A model generated the notes under the pieces. It did no database searches. It saw only the letters and a list, made by a program, of their open reading frames with translations, and was not told the DNA's origin. Below are positions 27,259-35,308 of a stretch of DNA of 40,866 nt, one piece after another. This stretch comes from Clostridiales bacterium (GTDB lineage: Bacteria > Bacillota > Clostridia > Oscillospirales > Oscillospiraceae), in the NCBI GenBank assembly GCA_019422005.1, contig JAHZEF010000002.1, positions 1-40,866 of the forward strand, written 5' to 3'. How positions within the stretch are numbered: the stretch's first letter is position 1; every line of letters starts with the position of its first letter. The position numbers were made by a program, and so were the translations under genes.

Positions 27259-28394
27259 GACGATTTTACTTTCCGACCCAGCTGTTTTCCGGCGCCGGAT
27301 GCATACGCCAGCTGCCGCAGTTCCTTTCCGGCGGACTCCGCATCCTGATGGTCACAGACGAAAACCTTCTGCGCACTGAAGCTGCGGCCCGGATCCTGGC
27401 CCTCATAAAATCAGCCGGAGCGGCAGCCGTCATCTTCTCAGATGTTATGCCGAATCCGGAACTCTCCATGGTTTATCGGGCTGTAACCCTCTGCCGTTCC
27501 AATGAGATCGGGGCCGTTCTTTCCTTGGGAGGCGGCAGCGTGATGGATACAGGCAAGGCAGTTGCCATGCTGGCAGCCCAGCCTGACCCCATCGCGCGTT
27601 TCGCCGAATCGGGCCTGAAACCGGCCTGTCCCTCCATCCCCCATTATGCGGTTCCCACTACCTGCGGTACCGGCGCCGAAGCCTCCAGCGTAGCCGTAAT
27701 TTCTTACGGGAACACAAAGCGCGGCTTATGGGCGGATTCCCTTTTTCCAACGGCGGCCTTCGCAGATCCGGAGCTCCTCGCCTCCTTGCCGGAGCGTATT
27801 TTAACAGAGACGGCCATGGACGCCCTGAGCCATGCACTGGAATCTTTTATCGGAAAGGAACGGCAGGGCATTCTGCAGGCCCTGGGCCTGGAAGCAGCGC
27901 GGATGATCTTCCTCTCCCTGCAGGCAGCGCGGGCCGGGGATCCGGAAGCGCGGGCCAGCCTGTGCGAGGCTGCCTCCATGGCCGGTATCGCCATGGGGCA
28001 AAGCGGCACCGGCATGGTACATGCCATGAGCGACCAGCTGGGAGAACAATTTCATCTCTCTCACGGCGCAGGCATTGCGGTACTGCTGCCCCATTGTCTC
28101 CGATTCAATTTGCCCGCTGCGCAGGATCAGCTTGCCCGCTTTGCCGACGCCGTCGGAATTGCAAAATCGCAGCCGGAGGAAACCAGGGCTTCCGCAGCTG
28201 TGGACGCCCTGGAAGCGCTGTGCAGAAATTGCGGAATCCCTGCCAGGCTGCAGGATTGCGCCGCCAGCGACGAACAAATTTCCGCTATGGCACAGTCTGC
28301 CTGCAGCAGCTTCATCATCGAGAACAATCCGCGCCCGGTCACGCCGGCTGCTCTGAGTGAAATTTTCCGTGATCTGATACCAAAACAGATATGA
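27255..28394 (+). CDS. Iron-containing alcohol dehydrogenase
   Basis: GGGSVMD, PTTCGTGAE, DALSHALE, VHAM..SHG, NNPR. Confidence 0.92.
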   Translation: MRRFYFPTQLFSGAGCIRQLPQFLSGGLRILMVTDENLLRTEAAARILALIKSAGAAAVIFSDVMPNPELSMVYRAVTLCRSNEIGAVLSLGGGSVMDTGKAVAMLAAQPDPIARFAESGLKPACPSIPHYAVPTTCGTGAEASSVAVISYGNTKRGLWADSLFPTAAFADPELLASLPERILTETAMDALSHALESFIGKERQGILQALGLEAARMIFLSLQAARAGDPEARASLCEAASMAGIAMGQSGTGMVHAMSDQLGEQFHLSHGAGIAVLLPHCLRFNLPAAQDQLARFADAVGIAKSQPEETRASAAVDALEALCRNCGIPARLQDCAASDEQISAMAQSACSSFIIENNPRPVTPAALSEIFRDLIPKQI

Positions 28395-28409
28395 GAAAGG
28401 CACAAATAT

Positions 28410-28982
28410 ATGAAGGAACTGCAAGCCATTGTCGGCGTCTCCAATCGCCACGTCCATCTTTCAGCGGCAGACAGAGATATTCTATTCGGAAAAAACGCCC
28501 CCTTGGAATTCAGGAAACCGCTGCGGCAGCCCGGGCAATACGCTGCAGAGCAGGTGGTAACTCTGGCTGGTCCAAAAGGGCGGATCGACCGCGTGCGGGT
28601 CTTATGCCCATTGCGTACACAAAGCCAGGTGGAACTTTCCCGAACAGACACCTTTACACTGGGTATTGAACCATGCTTCCGCCAATCCGGCGATCTGAGC
28701 GGCAGTCCGGGGATCTGTATAATCGGCCCCAAGGGATGCGTCCAACTGTCAGAAGGCGCCATTGTCGCTTTGCGGCACCTTCATCTGGATCCGCTGACCG
28801 CAGAGGAATACGGGCTGAACGATCAGCAAATGGTCTCTGCACGTACAGACGGCGCAAGGGCCGTCATATTTGAAAAAATACTGGTTCGGGTATCGGAACT
28901 CTTTGTCCCCGAGTTTCACGTGGATACGGATGAAGCCAACGGGGCAGATCTTGTTACGGGGGATCAGGTCCATATTTTCTGA
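28410..28982 (+). CDS. pduL: Phosphate propanoyltransferase (PduL-type phosphotransacylase)
   Basis: VSNRHVHLS, QPGQYA, R.SGDL.GSPG, RHLHL, HVDTDEAN. Confidence 0.92.
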   Translation: MKELQAIVGVSNRHVHLSAADRDILFGKNAPLEFRKPLRQPGQYAAEQVVTLAGPKGRIDRVRVLCPLRTQSQVELSRTDTFTLGIEPCFRQSGDLSGSPGICIIGPKGCVQLSEGAIVALRHLHLDPLTAEEYGLNDQQMVSARTDGARAVIFEKILVRVSELFVPEFHVDTDEANGADLVTGDQVHIF

Positions 28983-29018
28983 CCGGCGGCCTTATCATCC
29001 GGCAGACAACAGAAAACC

Positions 29019-29056
29019 GCGGAGGGTATGCTGCAAAACAGCAGCATACCCTCCGC
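29019..29056. terminator. Terminator between convergent pduL and lysR
   Basis: 16-bp perfect stem GCGGAGGGTATGCTGC-aaaaca-GCAGCATACCCTCCGC. Confidence 0.8.
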
Positions 29057-29146
29057 AGCCTTTATCTGAATACCGCCTGAAACAGGCCCCGGATCCTGCA
29101 CATGGAAACGGCTCCAGCACGCATCGGGCAACGGCAGGGAAACAGG

Positions 29147-30022
29147 CTATGAAAGATCCGCCACGGTCTGGCTGGCGCACTGGATCAGATCCTGTACGGC
29201 GGGCTTCAGTTCCTTCTTGCTGCGGACGATCATCCCCAGCTCCCGGTGCGCCCGGGGTTCGATGGGAAGCGTCAGCACCGTTTTCGGGCGCCCCTCCATA
29301 ATAAGCGCCGTCATAATGCTGACGCCCAGGCCATGGGCGACCATGGAAATCACCACGGGGTCGTCCACCGTGGTTTTCCGGATGCGCGGATGGACGCGGT
29401 GCCGCTTGAACATGGGCATGATATCGCGGGTAAATCCCAGCGCCGGCATCAGGAATTCCCGACCTTCAAATGCGCTGACCGGAAAGGACTCCCAGTCGCC
29501 GTACCGGTCGTCCGGCGGCAGGATCGCCACCAAAATATCCTCCTTGAGCGGATAAAACTCCGCCTTCAGATCGTCCTGCCGGCTGACAAACGCCAGGTCG
29601 ACCTCCCCGGTCCGCACCCAGCCGTACAATTCCTCGATTCCGCCCATCTGCACATCCACGCGAACGTCGGGGCAGACCGCACGGAACTGCTGCAGGATCG
29701 CCGGCAGCCAGTGCAGCGCCATGCTGGAATAGGCGCCCACGCGGATCCACTGGCTTTCCTGCCGGCGGATGGATTCCGCCTCCGCCTCCAGCGCCTGCCC
29801 GGCCTCCAGGAAGCGGCGGATGGCCGGCTCCAGCTGCGCGCCTCGCCGGGTAAGCCGCGTGCCGTAATGCCCCCGCTCCAGCAGCGGAAAGCCGATCTCC
29901 TGCTCCAGCGCGTTCATCATATGGGTCAGGCCGGACTGGGTATAGCCCAGCTCCTGCGCCGACTTGGTGAAGGAACCCAGCCGCGCCGAGGTCAGCAGGG
30001 CCTCCAGTTTCTTTGTATCCAT
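29147..30022 (-). CDS. LysR family regulator
   Basis: GSFTKSAQELGYTQSGLTHMMNALEQEIG HTH; 291 aa. Confidence 0.95.
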   Translation of the reverse strand: MDTKKLEALLTSARLGSFTKSAQELGYTQSGLTHMMNALEQEIGFPLLERGHYGTRLTRRGAQLEPAIRRFLEAGQALEAEAESIRRQESQWIRVGAYSSMALHWLPAILQQFRAVCPDVRVDVQMGGIEELYGWVRTGEVDLAFVSRQDDLKAEFYPLKEDILVAILPPDDRYGDWESFPVSAFEGREFLMPALGFTRDIMPMFKRHRVHPRIRKTTVDDPVVISMVAHGLGVSIMTALIMEGRPKTVLTLPIEPRAHRELGMIVRSKKELKPAVQDLIQCASQTVADLS

Positions 30023-30043
30023 CCCGAAGCCTCACTCTGTTCC

Positions 30044-30093
30044 ATGAACGTTTCTCATAATCCGATTATAGGGCGCGCCGCCCCAAAGTGCAA
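30044..30093 (-). promoter_or_regulatory. lysR promoter and candidate autoregulatory box
   Basis: TTGCAC-17bp-TATAAT (30093-30065); ATG-N9-CAT (T-N11-A) at 30044-30058. Confidence 0.6.
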
Positions 30094-30114
30094 GAAAAAG
30101 TTCTCAGGCCGCGG

Positions 30115-31131
30115 TCAGACGCTGCGGCCCATGCAGGCGGCAATGGGCTGCAGACGGCGCATCAGATCGTCAAACGCAGCGGGAGTAATGGACTGCGGCC
30201 CGTCGCACAGGGCGTTTTCAGGGTCATTGTGGACCTCAATGATCAGCCCGTCGGCGCCGGCGGCGATGGCCGCCATGGCCATACGCTCCACCATCCAGGC
30301 CTGGCCGCAGGCGTGGCTGGGATCCACAACCACCGGGAGATGGCTCAGCTTTTTCACCGCCAGAACCGCCGACAAATCCAGCGTGTTGCGGGTATAGGTC
30401 TCGAAGGTGCGGATCCCGCGTTCACAGAGAATCACGCGGCTGTTGCCGCCGGCCATGATGTATTCGGCCGACATCAGCCATTCCTCGATGGTGGAGGACA
30501 TTCCGCGCTTGAGCAGGATCGGCTTTGTCGTCCTTCCCATATGCTTGAGCAGGTCAAAGTTCTGCATGTTCCGGGCGCCGACCTGAATCACATCCACATG
30601 CTCCTCAAACAGCTCCAGATCCTCTGTGGACATGATTTCTGAAACAATGGGAAGGCCGGTCTGGCTGCGGGCCTCCTCCAGCAGGCGGATTCCGTCGGTC
30701 CCCATGCCCTGGAACGAATAGGGGGACGTCCTGGGTTTGAACGCGCCGCCGCGCAGCGCGCAGGCGCCGGCCCGGCGGACCCGCTCCGCTATGTCCACAA
30801 TCTGCTCCCGGCCCTCCACAGAGCAGGGCCCTGCAAACACTGCCAGCCGGTTTCCGCCGACGCTCCGGCCGCCCGGCAGTTCGATGACCGTATCATCCGG
30901 ATGGTACTTGCGGTTTGCCATTTTGAACGGCTCCGACACCCGCATTACGCGCTCTACGCCGGGGAGAAGGGAGAGCCGGTTTTGGTCAATGCCGGCCGCA
31001 TTGCCCTCCGCGCCCAAAATTGTGGTCTCCGAGCCTTTGGAGATCATAACCCGGACGCCGCCCTCCTCCATGACGCGGACGGCCGCCTGCATCTGCTCCG
31101 GCGTATAATTGGATTTCATAACAACAATCAT
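30115..31131 (-). CDS. aroF: DAHP synthase, class I-beta, with N-terminal regulatory domain
   Basis: AGPCSVE, GGAFKPRTSPYSFQG, GARNMQNF, CERGIRTF, DPSH, EVH..ALCDG. Confidence 0.95.
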   Translation of the reverse strand: MIVVMKSNYTPEQMQAAVRVMEEGGVRVMISKGSETTILGAEGNAAGIDQNRLSLLPGVERVMRVSEPFKMANRKYHPDDTVIELPGGRSVGGNRLAVFAGPCSVEGREQIVDIAERVRRAGACALRGGAFKPRTSPYSFQGMGTDGIRLLEEARSQTGLPIVSEIMSTEDLELFEEHVDVIQVGARNMQNFDLLKHMGRTTKPILLKRGMSSTIEEWLMSAEYIMAGGNSRVILCERGIRTFETYTRNTLDLSAVLAVKKLSHLPVVVDPSHACGQAWMVERMAMAAIAAGADGLIIEVHNDPENALCDGPQSITPAAFDDLMRRLQPIAACMGRSV

Positions 31132-31160
31132 GCTGCAGCACTCCTTTCAGATTTGAAATT

Positions 31161-31191
31161 AAAAAACGCGGCAGCCCTTCGGCTGCCGCGT
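31161..31191 (-). terminator. Attenuator terminator in the aroF leader
   Basis: ACGCGGCAGCC-gaag-GGCTGCCGCGT-TTTTT, 30 nt upstream of the aroF start. Confidence 0.9.
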
Positions 31192-31221
31192 GTATACGCT
31201 GGGACACAACACGGTCGGCGT

Positions 31222-31293
31222 CTATGGGCACGGCAAAGCGCTTCTGCAGCTGCAGAAGTACCAATCGCCATCATAGATTGCCCGTCTGTCCAT
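31222..31293 (-). CDS. Putative leader peptide MDRRAIYDGDWYFCSCRSALPCP (23 aa)
   Basis: GAGGA RBS, ATG at 31293, TGG-TAC-TTC codons, TAG at 31224-31222; lies between the promoter and the leader terminator. Confidence 0.8.
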   Translation of the reverse strand: MDRRAIYDGDWYFCSCRSALPCP

Positions 31294-31334
31294 ATCCCAA
31301 TTCCTCTTTCATGAATTGCATCGTTTATGTGTTA

Positions 31335-31363
31335 AAGATATCACAGGCACACCGGGTTGTCAA
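31335..31363 (-). promoter_or_regulatory. aroF leader promoter
   Basis: TTGACA-17bp-TATCTT with TG extension. Confidence 0.8.
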
Positions 31364-31458
31364 GTGCTTTTTGGATAACTGCTCAAAAAGCGCAGATACT
31401 TTTTGTGACAATTGCGAAGACAACCGGAGGCCGGCAGCCTGATTTGGGGCGCTTGCGG

Positions 31459-31487
31459 TTGCAAAAAGCCTATCGGTATGATATGAT
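31459..31487 (+). promoter_or_regulatory. Promoter of DUF2156/GNAT genes
   Basis: TTGCAA-17bp-TATGAT with TG extension. Confidence 0.65.
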
Positions 31488-31523
31488 ATTCAAAAATATG
31501 GAACGCTGCAAAGGAGAATGATT

Positions 31524-32438
31524 TTGAGTATTGAATTCCGACATCCCACTCTCGAAGACCGGGGATGGATCACTGAGCTGTATCATAAAACCGGCTGCCG
31601 CGGCAGCGAATGCAGCTTTGTGAACCTGTATCTCTGGGGGCGCGGTTATGGCCAGATCGCCAGGGTGGGCGATTACATGGTCCAGTTCATCAAGTATAAC
31701 GGCGTAAAATATTACGCGTACCCCGCCGGATCCGGCGACCTGCGCAGCGTCATTGACCAGCTGATCGAGGACGCCCGGGCCTACGGTCATCCCATGCGCC
31801 TGCTCGGAATCACCTGCGACCGGAAGTCCGAACTGGAGGCGCTGTATCCGGGGCAGTTCCGATTTGAGGAAAACAGGGCTTCCTTTGATTACCTGTACGA
31901 CGTCAACCGGCTGGCGGATCTGGGCGGGAAAAAGCTGCAGTCCAAGCGGAACCACTGCAACCGCTTTGAGCAGAACCATCCGGACTGGTCCACGGAACCG
32001 GTAACAGCCGCCAATCTGGGCCTGTGCCGCGCCATGGCGGAGGAATGGTTTGCACAATACAACGGGGAGACCTCGGAAGAGCATGACTTCCGGATCGAAA
32101 AAATCGCGCTGGGGCGCGCATTTGACGACTTCGAAGCCCTGGGGCTGGAGGGGCTGCTGCTGAAGGCCGAAGGCCGCGTTGTGGCGTTCACCATGGGCAA
32201 CCAAATCCAGCGGGACACCTTTGACGTCAACTTTGAAAAAGCGTTCGCCGAAATACAGGGCGCATATCCGGTCATCAACCGGGAATTTGCGCGGCACATC
32301 CGCGCCAGGTACCCGGAGATCGTCTATCTGAACCGGGAGGACGACATGGGGCTGCCCGGCCTGCGGCGGGCCAAGGAATCCTATCATCCGGATATCCTGC
32401 TCTGCAAGGCCTCGGCCGTTCTGGAGGCGTCGCTGTGA
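31524..32438 (+). CDS. DUF2156 / soluble phosphatidylglycerol-lysyltransferase-like domain protein
   Basis: SFVNLYLW, DYLY..L..L.GKKLQSKRNHCNRF, FEKA..GAY..IN, NREDDMGLPGLRRAKESYHP. TTG 31524 fits the RBS better than ATG 31518. Confidence 0.85.
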   Translation: MSIEFRHPTLEDRGWITELYHKTGCRGSECSFVNLYLWGRGYGQIARVGDYMVQFIKYNGVKYYAYPAGSGDLRSVIDQLIEDARAYGHPMRLLGITCDRKSELEALYPGQFRFEENRASFDYLYDVNRLADLGGKKLQSKRNHCNRFEQNHPDWSTEPVTAANLGLCRAMAEEWFAQYNGETSEEHDFRIEKIALGRAFDDFEALGLEGLLLKAEGRVVAFTMGNQIQRDTFDVNFEKAFAEIQGAYPVINREFARHIRARYPEIVYLNREDDMGLPGLRRAKESYHPDILLCKASAVLEASL

Positions 32439-33256
32439 GCATTCAAACCGGAACCTCGCTGAACACCGACATCCCGGCGCTCCGGCAGCTTTGGAAGCAG
32501 GCCTTCGGCGATGAGGACGCGTGTATCGACGCCTTTTTCAATACGGCCTATACGCCGGAACGCGTGTTGGTCCTGCGGGAGGACGGGCAGGTGCGGGCCA
32601 TGGCCTGCTGGCTGCCCATGACAGTCTGCCAGGCGTCCAGAGGCTGGCCGGCCGGGTATTTATACGCCGTTTCCACCGAGGCTTCCGCCCGCGGACGCGG
32701 TTTCTGCCGGCAGCTGCTGGCCTTTGCAGAAGAATTTCTGGCGGCCCGTAGGATCAAGGTATTGCTGCTGGTGCCCGGCGAGCCGTCTCTCCGGCAATTT
32801 TACCGGCGCTGCGGCTATGCGGATTTCACCACTGTGGATATGGAGGAGCTGCGCGTCACTGCGGCGCAGGGCCAGGCAGAACCCATTGCCGCTCCGGAAT
32901 ACCTGGAGCTGCGGGAACAGCTCCTGTCCGACCGGCCCTACGTATCCTGTCCGGTGCCTGTGCTGGAATTTCAGGACGCGCTGGCGCGGCTGTACGGCGG
33001 CGGCCTGGTCCGCCTGTCCGGCAGCGGCGCAGAGGGCTGCGCATGCGTTGCCAGAGACGCCGGCGGCCGGGCCGTCGTGTATGAGCTGCTCTGGCCCGGA
33101 GACCGCGCCGAGGGCGCATCGCTGGCGGCAGGCCTGGTGGGCGCGGAGCGCGCGCTGGTGCGGGCGCCGGGCAGCGCCGCGCCGTTCGCCATGGCAAACT
33201 GGCTGATAAAACAGCCCGAATGCCGGCCGCCCTATCTGGGCCTCGCCCTGGACTGA
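32435..33256 (+). CDS. GNAT family N-acetyltransferase
   Basis: LWKQAFGD, YLYAVST..ARGRG, LVPGEPSLRQFYRRCGY; GTGA coupling to upstream gene. Confidence 0.88.
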   Translation: MSIQTGTSLNTDIPALRQLWKQAFGDEDACIDAFFNTAYTPERVLVLREDGQVRAMACWLPMTVCQASRGWPAGYLYAVSTEASARGRGFCRQLLAFAEEFLAARRIKVLLLVPGEPSLRQFYRRCGYADFTTVDMEELRVTAAQGQAEPIAAPEYLELREQLLSDRPYVSCPVPVLEFQDALARLYGGGLVRLSGSGAEGCACVARDAGGRAVVYELLWPGDRAEGASLAAGLVGAERALVRAPGSAAPFAMANWLIKQPECRPPYLGLALD

Positions 33257-33321
33257 CCGCAGGGAAAGGGTGATATGGCGTGCTCCATGGCCAGCGGGCG
33301 GCAGCGGCGGGCTCCCGGATT

Positions 33322-33830
33322 ATGACAACAGAGCGGCTGATTCTGCGGGAGATGCGGCAGGCAGGCTTTGCCGCTCCGGCAGAAATTCTGCAGGATCCCG
33401 CTGTGATGTATGCCTGCGGGCATACCTTTACAGCGGAGGAGGTGCAGGCCTGGCTTGACCGCCAAAAAAGCAGATACCGGCAATACGGGTTTGGCCTGCA
33501 GGCCATACAGCTCAAAGCATCGGGCCGCATGATCGGCCAGGCCGGCCTGACCATGCAGGCTTACAGAGATACCCAGGCGCCTGAAATCGGGTATCTGCTG
33601 AAAAAACGCTTCTGGCACCGCGGGTACGCCGTCGAGACGGCCGCCGCCTGCAGACAATATGCATTTGCGCACCTCCATGCAGAGCGCGTCTTCTCCATCA
33701 TCAGGCCCGGCAATGCCCCGTCTGTCCGGGTGGCCGAATCCATCGGCATGCAAAAGGCGGATGAATTGACAGCGCAGTATGATCACGGCCCGATGCGGCA
33801 TGCTCTCTATTCCGTCCGGAACCCTGACAT
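33322..33830 (+). CDS. RimJ/RimL-type GNAT domain (frame stays open to 34380; possibly degenerate)
   Basis: TERLILRE, EIGYLLKKRFWHRGYAVE, IRPGNAPSVRVAESIGM. Start and end are uncertain. Confidence 0.7.
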
Positions 33831-34036
33831 TGGAATCCCGTTCATTCGGCCTGTGCCGAACGCCCCGCGGGTTTTCCGTTCCGGAAAACCCGCCGGAAAT
33901 ACAGGCAAAGGCCCGGAGCTGTCAAAAGCCCGAAAAAAATGCCGCCCCAGGGGGGCACGGGGGGCAAACCGTCCCTCTGCGCATCCAATCAAACTATCAT
34001 TTTGCAGCTTGCCGAAAAAGGCTCTTTCGACAGGCC

Positions 34037-34077
34037 AAGCCCGCCGCAGACGGCAGAAACAGTCTGCGGCGGGCTTT
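34037..34077. terminator. Terminator-like hairpin between convergent genes
   Basis: AAGCCCGCCGCAGAC-N10-GTCTGCGGCGGGCTT. Confidence 0.7.
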
Positions 34078-34088
34078 CCTTGCACAGG

Positions 34089-35093
34089 TCACAGTTCCGG
34101 AAGGAAGGCTGCGGCCTCCGGCTCCGCTTCCGTCTGCGGCTCCTCTGCCGCGGCGCCGCGGCCCGGCATGTCGGCCAGCGTCTCCAGTACGGAAGACGCG
34201 CCTGCAATGTCGGTATACGCATTGCGGCGGATCCTTCCCCAGCTGATCCACAGGCCCAGCGCCATGAAAACGGCGGACATCCACATATCCTGCAGCATCA
34301 TCGACGGCGTTGCAATGGAAAAATACAGCCGCATGCTGTCAAAAATACTGGGCCAGATTTCAAATTCCTGCACCAGATAAATATAAAAGATCATCTGTTC
34401 CATGGAAAACAGGTGAACCACAGACGCAATGCAGGTGCAGACAAAGGCGCCGTGGTTCATACGGCCGTGAAGCAGGCGGTACCCATAATACGCCCCCAGC
34501 GGAATCAGCGCATACAGATACGCCACCAGCCAGCCGGCATAATAGGCAAGGATCGTTGGGATGCAGGCCACCAAACCGCCCAAAAGCGCCCCGATCAGCC
34601 CGGTTACATAGCTGCCGGTCTGCAGGGCCCGCTTCGCCTCGTGGGCGGCGTCGGCCGTCCGGCTTTCCGCGCAGGCCCGGTGAATCGCGCCATAGCCGCC
34701 GAAGTCGGCCCAGGCGTCGCAGCCGCTTCGCCGGCAGATCGGACAGACGTCCGACGGCAGGATCCCGGCCTCCCGCAGCCCCCGCGTGAACGTATCCAGG
34801 ATTCCGCTCAGCGAGCAGTCCTCCCGGTCAAACCGCTTCCCCTGCACGCTCACCTGATACGTGCTGCCTCCAACCGCCAGTACGGATGCGCACCTGGGCA
34901 TCTGCCCGCGCAGCTGCTTCAGCGCGCCGGTTTCCAGCGTGGCCGCCAGCCGAAATGAAAACGTCACGCTCCCCCTGCCGCTGGGCGCCGCCGCTGCCGA
35001 TACCGGAAACCCCTGCCAGACGCCGTAGTACCGCCCTCCGGCCCTGCGGAAATCCTGGCTCTGCGCCAGGCGCTGAAACTCATCCATCAGCAT
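34089..35093 (-). CDS. Hypothetical membrane protein with CxxC..C..HxxC motif
   Basis: AAGGAG RBS; CPICRRSGCD..HRAC followed by about 4 hydrophobic segments. Confidence 0.8.
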   Translation of the reverse strand: MLMDEFQRLAQSQDFRRAGGRYYGVWQGFPVSAAAAPSGRGSVTFSFRLAATLETGALKQLRGQMPRCASVLAVGGSTYQVSVQGKRFDREDCSLSGILDTFTRGLREAGILPSDVCPICRRSGCDAWADFGGYGAIHRACAESRTADAAHEAKRALQTGSYVTGLIGALLGGLVACIPTILAYYAGWLVAYLYALIPLGAYYGYRLLHGRMNHGAFVCTCIASVVHLFSMEQMIFYIYLVQEFEIWPSIFDSMRLYFSIATPSMMLQDMWMSAVFMALGLWISWGRIRRNAYTDIAGASSVLETLADMPGRGAAAEEPQTEAEPEAAAFLPEL

Positions 35094-35201
35094 GTTTCAT
35101 CCACTCCTTTTCCTCTTGAACTCCTAAGTCAGATTGTAGCATACCCTTCCGCGCCTGTACAGGCCTCTTTTCGAACCGGGCCGATCCGCGCCGCGCTTCA
35201 G

Positions 35202-35229
35202 TTCACGCGGATTTAACGGTTTTTTATCG
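35202..35229 (+). promoter_or_regulatory. Pho-box-like direct repeats
   Basis: TTCACG/TTAACG/TTATCG at 11-bp period (35202, 35213, 35224); TATGAT at 35257 with no good -35. Confidence 0.6.
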
Positions 35230-35308
35230 GAAACCCGGCAGACCGGCGGCGCAGTTTATGATAGACTTCCAGTGCTGATCATTATCAACTGAAAAGGAGA
35301 ATTTCACG

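Noticed and set aside
31271..31312. Alternative leader ORF MKEELGYGQTGNL*
   Set aside because: No RBS, starts very near the predicted transcription start and has no regulatory codon cluster; the WYF ORF has an RBS and fits the hairpins.
31140..31330. T-box riboswitch upstream of aroF
   Set aside because: No TGGNACC T-box motif before the terminator and no recognisable stem I; the one TGGTAC lies within the leader codons.
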